Shown here: positions 19,587 to 28,461 of the stretch, piece after piece
Numbering within the stretch: the first letter of the stretch is position 1
How the letters are laid out: every line of letters begins with the position of its first letter
Source of the DNA: an uncultured SAR86 cluster bacterium
GTDB lineage: Bacteria > Pseudomonadota > Gammaproteobacteria > Magnimaribacterales > AG-339-G14
Assembly (NCBI GenBank): GCA_902514645.1
Contig: CABXRO010000002.1
Coordinates: forward strand, 11,530 to 75,529
Reading direction: 5' to 3'
Length of the DNA stretch: 64,000 nt
Notes under the pieces: model-generated
What the model saw: the letters and a program-made list of their open reading frames with translations, nothing else
The model's database searches: none
Told to the model about the DNA's origin: nothing
Made by a program: the position numbers and the translations under genes

Positions 19587-20471
19587 ATGAAATTAGTAAC
19601 TTATTCCAATAGCGACAAGACTTCAATTGGGGCGCTGCTGGAAGACAGCATTTGTCCTTTTTCCAACGATTCTTCTTTACCTGATGAAATGAAAGTATTT
19701 CTCGAAGGTGGGGAAGCTAATATGAATAAAGCGACGGACTTGCTTGAAAAGGCAGAAAATTTAATACCTTTAGATTCAGTTACTTTGTTGTCACCAATTT
19801 TAAATCCGCAAAAAATTCTGGCTATCGGTTTAAATTACGCTGACCATGTTAAGGAGTCCGGGATGGAAACTCCCAAGATTCCAATGGTTTTTAATAAGCA
19901 GTCTTCTTCAATAATCGGTCACAATGGGGTTATTCATTTACCAAGGGCTTCAGAAGCTTTGGACTACGAGGCAGAAATGGCGTTTGTGATAGGTAAGCAA
20001 TGCCGTCACGTGAGCAAAGATGAAGCAGCATCTGTTATTGCAGGGATCACCATATGCAACGATGTCAGTGTAAGAGATTGGCAATTGGCTGTACCCACTT
20101 TCACCATGGGCAAAAGCTTTGATACACATTGTCCATTGGGGCCTTATTTAGTAACTATGGATGAAATTGGTGATCCGCATGATCTTGATATCAAACTTTT
20201 CTTAAATGGTGAAGAAAAACAAAATTCCAATACTAAAGAACTCGTTTTCAACTGTTACGATTTAATCGAGCATTTATCTACAGCTTTTACGCTTATGCCA
20301 GGGGATGTTATTCCTACTGGAACTCCAGGCGGTGTGCTGGGCGTAGAAGTCATGGCAGGAAGAGCAAGTTGGCTCCAAGAGGGTGACGAAATAAAAATTG
20401 AACTGGAAAAAGTAGGAACTCTTACGAACAAAGTAGTTAAAGAACCGGACTCGACCAAATTCATTGCATAG
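19587..20471 (+). CDS. Fumarylacetoacetate hydrolase (FAH) family protein
   Basis: GLNYADH, DYEAEMAFVIGK and GDVIPTGTPGGV are typical FAH-fold hydratase/decarboxylase/isomerase motifs. Confidence 0.85.
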   Translation: MKLVTYSNSDKTSIGALLEDSICPFSNDSSLPDEMKVFLEGGEANMNKATDLLEKAENLIPLDSVTLLSPILNPQKILAIGLNYADHVKESGMETPKIPMVFNKQSSSIIGHNGVIHLPRASEALDYEAEMAFVIGKQCRHVSKDEAASVIAGITICNDVSVRDWQLAVPTFTMGKSFDTHCPLGPYLVTMDEIGDPHDLDIKLFLNGEEKQNSNTKELVFNCYDLIEHLSTAFTLMPGDVIPTGTPGGVLGVEVMAGRASWLQEGDEIKIELEKVGTLTNKVVKEPDSTKFIA

Positions 20472-20474
20472 TAT

Positions 20475-20954
20475 TTGAAACTTTTCTTTTTAAGGCACGC
20501 TAAGTCCGATTGGGGCGACTCCTCATTGAGAGACTTTGACCGCCCACTTAATAAAAGAGGTTTGACAGATGCCCCTCTAATGGGAAAGAAATTACATCGT
20601 TATTTTCCAGAAAATCTAAAAGTAATTTCCAGTCCTGCTAAAAGAACCAAAGAAACTTTGGAATTATTTTTTAACGATTACGATCGAAATATCTCAATTG
20701 AATTTGATGATGCCCTTTATCATGGTTCGCCCATAAATTATCTGGAGCATGTGATTAATAACGACGCCGATGAAGCAATTCTATTTATCGGTCACAACCC
20801 TGGAATATCAGAATGTGCTTCGCAGTTCTCTCCTGAACCTATTTTTTTCCCTACTTGTGGGTGTGCAGGCTTTTCAGTCAATGAAGCATCTATAAAAGAA
20901 AATAATCTTCATTTAGCGGATAAAATTTTTTACCACTATCCAAAAGAAATGTGA
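20475..20954 (+). CDS. Histidine phosphatase superfamily protein, SixA-like
   Basis: LRHAKSDW (RHG/RHA catalytic motif) and GHNP. 159 aa with a TTG start. Confidence 0.7.
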   Translation: MKLFFLRHAKSDWGDSSLRDFDRPLNKRGLTDAPLMGKKLHRYFPENLKVISSPAKRTKETLELFFNDYDRNISIEFDDALYHGSPINYLEHVINNDADEAILFIGHNPGISECASQFSPEPIFFPTCGCAGFSVNEASIKENNLHLADKIFYHYPKEM

Positions 20955-21036
20955 ATTTTTCGATAGCAAAGTTACAGAATTGAAAATTTAAATATAAAAA
21001 ACTTATTCAAAAGAACGAATATAGTAAAATACGCTT

Positions 21037-21735
21037 ATGAAAAAAATTCTAGTCATCGAAGACGAAGAGGATCTTAATCAGACCTTAAGTTTCAATCTTG
21101 AAAACGAAGGTTACAAGGTCACTTCTGCGCTTAAAGGTTCTGAGGCCTTAGAAATTTTAGAAACTTCATCGCCTCCAGATTTAGTAATTTTAGATTTGAT
21201 GCTTCCCGATATGCCAGGATTAGATATTTGTCGTCATATCAGATCAAAAGACAACTTAAAGAATATCAGCGTGATAATTGTTACCGCAAAGGGCGAGGAA
21301 GTAGATCGAGTCGTGGGTTTTGAACTTGGAGCAGATGATTATATTGTAAAACCTTATAGCGTTAGAGAATTAATGCTGAGAATTCAAGCGCAGCTGAGAA
21401 GAAATGAGCCAAGCGAAGTAACTGCAGAAAATCTAGAAGAGGATAATCTTACTTTTAAAGACCTACTGATTGATAATAGCAAGCACAAGGTTTTTCTATC
21501 TGATAAAAAAATATCCCTTACAGCTAAGGAATATACTCTCCTTAAATACCTTTTAACAAAAGCAGATAAGGTCCAAACAAGAGATATTTTATTAGATAAA
21601 GTCTGGGGTTATGACAATTCTGTTACAACTCGGACTGTAGATACTCATGTTAAAAGATTAAGATCAAAATTAGGTGAATATGGAAAGAATATTGAAACAA
21701 TCAGAGGGGTTGGTTACATATTCAATAAAATTTAA
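21037..21735 (+). CDS. phoB: OmpR-family response regulator, PhoB-like
   Basis: Receiver domain (DLVILDLMLPDMPG, TAKGEEVDRVVGFELGADDYIVKP) plus a winged-helix output (VDTHVKRLRSKL, RGVGY). It lies next to a PhoR-type kinase and phosphate genes. Confidence 0.75.
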   Translation: MKKILVIEDEEDLNQTLSFNLENEGYKVTSALKGSEALEILETSSPPDLVILDLMLPDMPGLDICRHIRSKDNLKNISVIIVTAKGEEVDRVVGFELGADDYIVKPYSVRELMLRIQAQLRRNEPSEVTAENLEEDNLTFKDLLIDNSKHKVFLSDKKISLTAKEYTLLKYLLTKADKVQTRDILLDKVWGYDNSVTTRTVDTHVKRLRSKLGEYGKNIETIRGVGYIFNKI

Positions 21736-21744
21736 TTTCAATTT

Positions 21745-23091
21745 ATGAAGTTTTCTTTAAAAATTAGAATATTTATCCTGATAGTTTTTACTGTTGTTGC
21801 TTCATTTTTTATCAGTGCGATTATTCTTAAGGGTAATGAGTACTTTAGCGAAAATATATTTGCCGGCATTTCCTTATTTGTAATTCTTATACTTGCCGCT
21901 GGCACTACTCTGTATCGGTTTTTAAGAGATGTTGTTGTTCAGGCAGCAAGGATAATTTCAGGACCGGACAACAGTGAAGAAATTGATTCTGAATCAGCCT
22001 TTGATACTTTGAGGACATCAACTGCAGTTGTTCAAAACGAACTAGAGAGTTATTCAAAAGAACTTTCATTTATCAGTAATTTATTATCAAGGATGGGTCA
22101 GGGAGTTATCTTAGTGAACGAAGATCTGAACGTGATGTATTTCAATCAGACTATTACAAAAGATTTTTTCCCCGAATTAAAAATTGGTGATGATTTATTT
22201 CAAAATATTTCTTATCCCGCGTTTAAAAAATTCATAAAGAAAGCCTGGGAAAAAGACGAATATACCAAAGAAATATCAGGCCCAAGAACAATAAAAACAG
22301 TTTATCTTGTCAGTTCACAGAAATTTTCAAATGACAATCAACTCTTAATTGTTTTTTCTGATATTTCAAAATTAAAGACCCTTGAAAAGATGCGTGAGGA
22401 CTTTATCGGTAATGTCTCACATGAATTAAGAACGCCGATTAGTGTAATAAAAGCAAATTCTGAGACTTTATTATCCACTAAATTAATCAAAGATGAGAAT
22501 GCGATAAATTTTACCAAAGCAATTCAATCTCAAAGCGAAAGAATGGCGACAATTGTGAATGAGTTACTTTCAATCTCTAGTATGGAATCAGGAGACTATC
22601 CAATTTCTTTAGATAAGCTCAATATTAAAAATATCGTTGATTCTGCCATCAAAGAATTAAACCCTATGACTGAATCAAGAAACATAAAACTGGTAAATAA
22701 GATCTCAGATGTAACTCATATCATTGGCGATGAATCAGCAATAAAGATAATAATTTCAAACTATATAACTAATGCAATCAAACATAGTCCTGATGACGAG
22801 ATTATTGAGATAAATAACGAAAAGATAGATAAAGATTTTTGTCGCATCAAGGTTATAGACAATGGCATTGGGATAGCCAAAAAATACCGTGAGAGAGTTT
22901 TCGAAAGATTTTTCAGAGTAGACAAAGGCAGATCTAAAAAAATTGGTGGAACAGGACTTGGCTTGTCAATTTCAAAAAATTTAGCACTGATGATGGGTTA
23001 TTCCGTTGGGGTAGAATCAAATGAACCCAAAGGATCAATTTTTTACATTGATGTAAAAATACATCAAGAAACTTCTAAGGAAGTAGCTTGA
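21745..23091 (+). CDS. phoR: Sensor histidine kinase, PhoR-like
   Basis: Two N-terminal TM helices, an H-box FIGNVSHELRTPI, an N-box and a G-box GTGLGLSI. Confidence 0.75.
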   Translation: MKFSLKIRIFILIVFTVVASFFISAIILKGNEYFSENIFAGISLFVILILAAGTTLYRFLRDVVVQAARIISGPDNSEEIDSESAFDTLRTSTAVVQNELESYSKELSFISNLLSRMGQGVILVNEDLNVMYFNQTITKDFFPELKIGDDLFQNISYPAFKKFIKKAWEKDEYTKEISGPRTIKTVYLVSSQKFSNDNQLLIVFSDISKLKTLEKMREDFIGNVSHELRTPISVIKANSETLLSTKLIKDENAINFTKAIQSQSERMATIVNELLSISSMESGDYPISLDKLNIKNIVDSAIKELNPMTESRNIKLVNKISDVTHIIGDESAIKIIISNYITNAIKHSPDDEIIEINNEKIDKDFCRIKVIDNGIGIAKKYRERVFERFFRVDKGRSKKIGGTGLGLSISKNLALMMGYSVGVESNEPKGSIFYIDVKIHQETSKEVA

Positions 23092-23960
23092 GAGATTTCA
23101 GCATTTTTCTTAAAAATATAGCCATCGCTTATATTCCAATTTGATGCAAAGAATTTTGCATTTTCGAAACATAATAAAATGAATTCAAAAATGTTTGCAG
23201 CGTGTTGAATTATATCTGCTCTATCCGTAGGAAAATTGTAATTAGATATTTTCTCTTCAAGAGATAATTTCCCTAGTCGGGATCTTATTTCTTGGAGTTC
23301 GTCTAAATTTAAGGAGTCTTTTAAAACTCCAGCAGCTTGAATAATCTGTCTAGCATTACCTCCAATACCAATGATATTTTGTATTTGTTCGGAATTAATA
23401 TTTGCTAAAAAGTTTGATAACTCTTGCCAATTTTTTTCTTTATCTAAACCTTTTAAAATTCTTACCGCACCCAAATTGAAAGATTTAAGTTTTTCTTCAT
23501 TTTTATCACAAAGGTAAAGCTCTGTGCTTCCACCGCCAACGTCCACTAATAGACTTTCTGAATCGATGAATTCTTTGTAGTTAAAAAATTTTAATAATGA
23601 AGCTTCTTCATTTCCAGAGAGAATTTCAATTTCTAGATTCAATTCTTTTTTTATTTTTTTAATAATTTCTTCTCTGTTGGAAAAAGTGCGCATTGCTGAG
23701 GTGGCAAATATTCCCAGTAAAGCAGCATTCTTTTTTTTCGCATGCTTTTTTAGTTTTTTTAAAACTGCTAAAAAGTCTAGATAAGTCTCATTTGTCATTT
23801 TCCCACTACTAAATGCGTCAGACCCTAACCTTAAGCTGACTCTTTTAAAGGTATCTAATTCAAGATGGCTATTCGGCAATAAACGGTATTGCCGGTACTT
23901 AATAGCATTTGAACCGATATCTATGCAAGAAACTTTCTTAGATTTTTTATTCATCAGCAA
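23064..23960 (-). CDS. Ppx/GppA-family phosphatase (short, two-domain form)
   Basis: IDIGSNAIKY and VDVGGGSTEL are ASKHA-fold phosphate-binding loops. 298 aa. Its 3' end overlaps phoR by 28 nt in convergent orientation. Confidence 0.8.
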   Translation of the reverse strand: MLMNKKSKKVSCIDIGSNAIKYRQYRLLPNSHLELDTFKRVSLRLGSDAFSSGKMTNETYLDFLAVLKKLKKHAKKKNAALLGIFATSAMRTFSNREEIIKKIKKELNLEIEILSGNEEASLLKFFNYKEFIDSESLLVDVGGGSTELYLCDKNEEKLKSFNLGAVRILKGLDKEKNWQELSNFLANINSEQIQNIIGIGGNARQIIQAAGVLKDSLNLDELQEIRSRLGKLSLEEKISNYNFPTDRADIIQHAANIFEFILLCFENAKFFASNWNISDGYIFKKNAEISQATSLEVS

Positions 23961-24795
23961 AAACTCTTAAAGTTTTATACTGTTGATACGATAAATTTTC
24001 AAAAAGTACCTTATTGATTTCAACTTTGTAATTGTTCAAACCTTCTGACCAGATTTTTGGCTTAGGTAAATCTTTATCTGGATAATCAAAGGCATTCAAG
24101 ATAAACCTGAGGGCACTTAATATTGCAACTTTTTTATTATTGGCATTTAAAACAATCCAAGGTGCTTCATCATATGAAGTTCTCTTGAACATTTGTTCTT
24201 TGTAAAGAGTGAAGGCATCCCATTTATCAAGCATCTTTAAATCATTTTCGCTTATCTTCCAATAGACGAGAGGGCTAGTAGCTCTTTTATCTATCCTCTT
24301 TTGTTGTGTATTTTTTTCAATTGATAGATAAAACTTAAAAAATTCAACACCTTCTTCAATCTGTTTTTTTTCCCAGGGAATTACATTTTTCATGAAGTAG
24401 GTATATTGCCTTTTCGAGCAATAACCCATAGTCGCTTCAACCAACGCTCGGGTATACCAAGATCGATCGAAGAAAACAATTTCACCGGTATTGGGCAAAT
24501 GCTTTTCATATCTTTTGAACCATTTTTTTGACTCTTTCTCAGTTGGCTTGCCTAAAGCAACAAGCTTACAGTGATCAGGTATCAGATATTTAGTAAGTAC
24601 GGAGATGCTTCCGGTCTTACCTGCGGTATCTCTACCTTCAAAAACCAAAGCAATCTTTCGTTTTGACTTAATAATCCAGTTTTGCAGTTTTACCAATTCT
24701 ATTAAAAGCTTTCTTTTTTCTTTCTCATAAAGCTCTTCGTTTATTCGTTTGTAATCTGGAATATCAAACTCGATCATGATTTGATTGTAAATCAA
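23947..24795 (-). CDS. ppk2: Polyphosphate kinase 2 (single-domain PPK2)
   Basis: FEGRDTAGKTG Walker-A-like motif and the DRSWY block. 282 aa. It overlaps the ppx-like gene by 14 nt. Confidence 0.85.
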   Translation of the reverse strand: MIYNQIMIEFDIPDYKRINEELYEKEKRKLLIELVKLQNWIIKSKRKIALVFEGRDTAGKTGSISVLTKYLIPDHCKLVALGKPTEKESKKWFKRYEKHLPNTGEIVFFDRSWYTRALVEATMGYCSKRQYTYFMKNVIPWEKKQIEEGVEFFKFYLSIEKNTQQKRIDKRATSPLVYWKISENDLKMLDKWDAFTLYKEQMFKRTSYDEAPWIVLNANNKKVAILSALRFILNAFDYPDKDLPKPKIWSEGLNNYKVEINKVLFENLSYQQYKTLRVFADE

Positions 24796-24814
24796 AGAAA
24801 ATTAAATAGGCAAA

Positions 24815-24832
24815 TTTCACAAATTTGTAACA
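24815..24832. promoter_or_regulatory. Candidate operator in the ppk2/porin divergent region (TTTCACAAATTTGTAACA)
   Basis: It contains the perfect 10-bp palindrome ACAAATTTGT (24819-24828). It can also be read as two TnTnACA heptamers phased 11 bp apart, which is Pho-box-like. Confidence 0.3.
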
Positions 24833-24913
24833 AAAAAATTAGAAATGTTTTAGTTTTTGTTCCATTTTTGTAATCGATATCGTTTAAAATTGCCCCTTTT
24901 CAAGGTGTTGATT

Positions 24914-25981
24914 ATGAGTATAAAAACCTTTCTAAAGGTCCTAGTCTTTTTAATGATTTCTTCAACCGCCACGGGTATGCCAAAAATTTATGGAAAGTTG
25001 AACGTATCTATTGATTATGACGGAGGAAATGGAGCTTCAACCAGTTCTGATTTAATCAGCAACTCTTCAAGGGTTGGCATGAAGGGCGATTTTGAAATTA
25101 ATGACAAGCTAACTGGAATTTATCAACTTGAGTATCAAGTTGATGCCGCAAATAATTCCTCAAGTACCTTCAAGACTAGAAATTCCTTTTTAGGCATAAC
25201 AGGTAATTTTGGAACAATAAGGTTAGGCACTTACGACACCCCTATAAAAAGAGCAGGATTGAAAGCAGATTTATTCAATGACCTGAGAGGGGATATAAAG
25301 AACATAACTGCTGGCGAAAACAGAAACTCCTCTTTTTTAGGATATGACTCGCCTGAATTAACAAAAGGATTATCCCTTCATTTAGGAGTGAGTAAAGGCG
25401 CTTATTATGAAAGGAATTCTTGCCTTCTATCTAGTCCCTCTTCCCCAGGCCAGCCACTCGCACCCGGATGCATAAATCCAAGAATAATTTCTGCAACAAG
25501 TGCTTTTGGAGCAATTCCTAGCTCTGGTATTTCTATTAACCTCATAACTCATACATCTTTTGGAAAAAATATTTCTTTTTCCTTGGTTTATGACATCGAG
25601 GTTATTCAATTTGCACTTGCTTCAGAACAGAAATCTGCATTTGGATTTGATCACAATCGTTTGGGTATGATGATCCCTGCAGGGCCAACAACAATAGGAT
25701 TTATTTACACCACAACCAAATCTTCAAGACAATATAGTAATGGTCATGACTATGATGCTTATACTTTTAGTATTTCTGGAAAAGTAGCAGAGGGAAAAGG
25801 TACATTTAAATTTCAGTACAGTAGTTCAGATGCTTTAGTTGGTTTAGAACAAATCCAGCTTGGATATGATCATAAATTATCTGATATTTTTAAGGTTTTT
25901 ACTTACCATACTAATCGTTCAGTTGATGCCAGCAATGCTGATCATGCTTATACAGGAATAGGTTTAGAATTTAAGTTTTAG
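24914..25981 (+). CDS. Outer-membrane general porin (Porin_4-like)
   Basis: Signal peptide MSIKTFLKVLVFLMISSTATG, alternating beta-strand pattern (YGKLNVSIDY, SRVGMKGDFEI, YQLEYQVD) and a C-terminal ...GIGLEFKF ending in Phe. The start is moved from the track's 24857 to ATG 24914. Confidence 0.8.
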   Translation: MSIKTFLKVLVFLMISSTATGMPKIYGKLNVSIDYDGGNGASTSSDLISNSSRVGMKGDFEINDKLTGIYQLEYQVDAANNSSSTFKTRNSFLGITGNFGTIRLGTYDTPIKRAGLKADLFNDLRGDIKNITAGENRNSSFLGYDSPELTKGLSLHLGVSKGAYYERNSCLLSSPSSPGQPLAPGCINPRIISATSAFGAIPSSGISINLITHTSFGKNISFSLVYDIEVIQFALASEQKSAFGFDHNRLGMMIPAGPTTIGFIYTTTKSSRQYSNGHDYDAYTFSISGKVAEGKGTFKFQYSSSDALVGLEQIQLGYDHKLSDIFKVFTYHTNRSVDASNADHAYTGIGLEFKF

Positions 25982-26053
25982 TTCCTTATCTAAAAAGACT
26001 TCTGATGTGAAATTCAAAAAAAAACAGTAGATTTTTATTTTAGTTTGATTTAA

Positions 26054-26083
26054 TGTGTCATTTGTGTGACAATTTTATGTCAC
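26054..26083 (+). promoter_or_regulatory. Candidate Pho box: three heptamers phased at 11 bp
   Basis: TGTGTCAtttg TGTGACAattt TATGTCAc. The TGTCA/TGACA/TGTCA cores lie at 26056, 26067 and 26078, each exactly 11 bp apart. Compare the E. coli Pho box CTGTCATAWAWCTGTCAY. Confidence 0.45.
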
Positions 26084-26100
26084 TTAAGAAACAATACAAA

Positions 26101-26226
26101 ATGACTAATATTAAGAAAACTTTAAAAAATAAAGGATTAATGCCAGGTAGCTCAAAAGCACAGGAAATGCAGTTTGTAGGCTTTATATCTGCTTGTATTG
26201 TACTAGCTGCAGTAATTCTTTCTTAA
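26101..26226 (+). CDS. Candidate micro-ORF: 41-aa (or 28-aa from ATG 26140) tail-anchored small membrane protein
   Basis: Not in the supplied track because it is shorter than 60 aa. It reads MTNIKKTLKNKGLMPGSSKAQEMQFVGFISACIVLAAVILS*. The internal ATG at 26140 has AAAGGA 3 nt upstream. There is one C-terminal TM helix. It lies between the Pho-box-like repeats and the PiT gene. Confidence 0.3.
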   Translation: MTNIKKTLKNKGLMPGSSKAQEMQFVGFISACIVLAAVILS

Positions 26227-26380
26227 AAATTTTATTCTCTTTTTAAAATTCCTATTAAGCGAGCTTAAATAGTTCACTTAAATTTTGCACAAATATACAT
26301 AACTGGTCACAACTAAGTAATAGATTCTCCTTTTGAATATTGTTAAATACGCTTAGTCGAAAAACTTTTTATATTTTTAC

Positions 26381-27631
26381 ATGGAAAATTTATTCACAGA
26401 TCCCTTTAATATTCTTCTGATTGCAGCATTCATAGGGTTTTTTATGGCCTTTGGCATAGGGGCTAACGATGTGGCTAATTCAATGGGAACATCTGTTGGA
26501 GCGAGAGCTTTAACGATTAAACAAGCTATTTTAATTGCAGCTGTATTTGAGTTTCTTGGTGCTTTTTTAGCTGGAGGGGAGGTTACCTCAACAATACGAA
26601 AAGGTATTGTCGATCCAAATCTTTATACCGATCAAATTAATATATTTGTCATAGGGATGATGTCTGCTCTATTGGCTGGTGGAACTTGGCTTTACATAGC
26701 AAGTTTAAGAGGTTGGCCCGTCTCAACAACTCATTCAATAGTAGGGGCAATCGTTGGCTTTGTCTTGATCACCAAAGGAGTTGATGCGGTTTCATGGAGC
26801 AAAGTTAGTAACATTGCAATGAGCTGGGTCACTTCTCCTTTGTTTTCTGGAATTCTGGCTTTTACCTTATATATTTCAGCTAAGAAACTAATATTGGATA
26901 GAGCAAACCCTGGTAAAGCAGCAATTATTTTTATTCCTTTCTATAGTTTTTTAGTAGCAGTTGTTATTTCTTTAGTAACCGCAAGAAAGGGGCTAAAACA
27001 TGTCGGTATAGAATGGACTGAAAACGAAGTTTATCTTTTTACTTTTATATTCAGCACAATTGTTGCTATAGGTACTTCGTATTTTTTAAGAAGAAATAAA
27101 GAAAAGATTAATGGCGTTGGCGGTATCGAATTTGCATTCGGCTTACTTATGATTGTTTCTGCAAGCGCAATGGCTTTTGCTCATGGCTCAAATGATGTGG
27201 CAAATGCAATTGGTCCTTTAGCAGCTATTGTTAGTGTTGTTGATACGGGAACAGTAGGTGCAAAAGCAACAATAAGCCCTTGGGTTTTGTTCATTGGAGG
27301 AATAGGTATCGTTTTTGGCCTAGCCACATTAGGCTCAAGAGTTATTGCTACTGTCGGAAGAAAAATAACCGAACTAACTCCCAGCCTTGGATTTTCTGCT
27401 GAAATGGCAACAGCTTCAACAGTAGTCGCGGCAACTTATTTAGGATTTCCAATATCAACGACACACACGCTTGTTGGCGGAGTTATTGGCGTAGGTTTAG
27501 CTAAAGGGGCAGAACATTTAGATTGGTCCTCTGTAGGTAGAATCATAGCTTCGTGGTTAGTAACAATTCCTGCTGGAGCAGCTTTCACGATAATGTTTTT
27601 CTATATTCTGAAATATTCTGTGGGTGTCTAA
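26381..27631 (+). CDS. pit: Inorganic phosphate transporter, PiT family
   Basis: Duplicated GANDVAN(S/A) signature (GIGANDVANSMGTSVG and AHGSNDVANAIGPL). 416 aa and polytopic. Confidence 0.9.
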   Translation: MENLFTDPFNILLIAAFIGFFMAFGIGANDVANSMGTSVGARALTIKQAILIAAVFEFLGAFLAGGEVTSTIRKGIVDPNLYTDQINIFVIGMMSALLAGGTWLYIASLRGWPVSTTHSIVGAIVGFVLITKGVDAVSWSKVSNIAMSWVTSPLFSGILAFTLYISAKKLILDRANPGKAAIIFIPFYSFLVAVVISLVTARKGLKHVGIEWTENEVYLFTFIFSTIVAIGTSYFLRRNKEKINGVGGIEFAFGLLMIVSASAMAFAHGSNDVANAIGPLAAIVSVVDTGTVGAKATISPWVLFIGGIGIVFGLATLGSRVIATVGRKITELTPSLGFSAEMATASTVVAATYLGFPISTTHTLVGGVIGVGLAKGAEHLDWSSVGRIIASWLVTIPAGAAFTIMFFYILKYSVGV

Positions 27632-27638
27632 AAACTTT

Positions 27639-28409
27639 TTAAAAAAAATTAACTTGTAGAATAGGATAAAAGTTTATTAATCCAAGATAGCTCGCTATTG
27701 ATAGGTGAGATCCGAATGCAATCTCAGAGTCCTTTTTAAGTTTCGTACTGACCAAAAATTCTACGATTCCCAGAAGAGACGCAGTTAGCAATACTATGGG
27801 AACCATATATATTGGCACCATTAAAGTTAATATTGGAAAGAGGATAACATCTCCAAGACCAAGACCTTCGCGGTTTCTAAATTTTAGGTAAAACCATCTA
27901 AGACTTAGAAGAATTAATCCCGAAATCAATGCTACGAAGAGCTCCGATAAATTTAAAATATTCGTCTGTTGCGAAAGTACTATTGCAAAGACCGTCAAGA
28001 ATAGAAGAGAGTTTAGTGGAATGACTTTATGCTTATGGTCAATCAAAGCAATAAATATTAGATTTAAAGTTATTAAGCTTTTAAGGAAAATGAGACCAAC
28101 ATTATCATTTGTTATAAAAATTAATAAAAATAAAGAAATAACTAAGATTTCTGTAAAGAAGTATCTTGATGAGATTGTTGCACCACAGCATTTAGCTCTT
28201 CCTCTTAAAAACAAATAACTCAAGATAGGAATGAGGTGGTACCAATCTATTTTTGTTTTACAGGCAGGACAAAATGATGGTTCTGTATAAATATTTATGC
28301 TTTGCACATATGCATCTGCTTCAATATTTTTATTAACATATCGATAGATAAAGCTCGCTAGAAAACTACCCAAAAGGGCAGAAAAAATAATATATATAGA
28401 GGCAATCAT
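27639..28409 (-). CDS. gspO: Prepilin peptidase / N-methyltransferase (A24 family)
   Basis: CPACKTKIDWYHLIPILSYL...CCGATIS cysteine region and a GLGLGDV aspartyl-protease motif. Polytopic. Divergent from gspC. Confidence 0.85.
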   Translation of the reverse strand: MIASIYIIFSALLGSFLASFIYRYVNKNIEADAYVQSINIYTEPSFCPACKTKIDWYHLIPILSYLFLRGRAKCCGATISSRYFFTEILVISLFLLIFITNDNVGLIFLKSLITLNLIFIALIDHKHKVIPLNSLLFLTVFAIVLSQQTNILNLSELFVALISGLILLSLRWFYLKFRNREGLGLGDVILFPILTLMVPIYMVPIVLLTASLLGIVEFLVSTKLKKDSEIAFGSHLSIASYLGLINFYPILQVNFF

Positions 28410-28461
28410 TTCTACAAATCTTTGTCAATTTCGTCAAATATGACATAAAATCAAATGATAT

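Noticed and set aside
20955-21036. Searched for a Pho box upstream of phoB.
   Set aside because: Only a single AGTTACA heptamer (20970-20976) is present, without an 11-bp-phased partner. That is not enough to call a site.
24857-24913. TTG-initiated 19-codon extension of the porin ORF.
   Set aside because: ATG 24914 gives a canonical signal peptide (MSIKTFLKVLVFLMISSTATG). The extension would put charged and Cys residues ahead of it.
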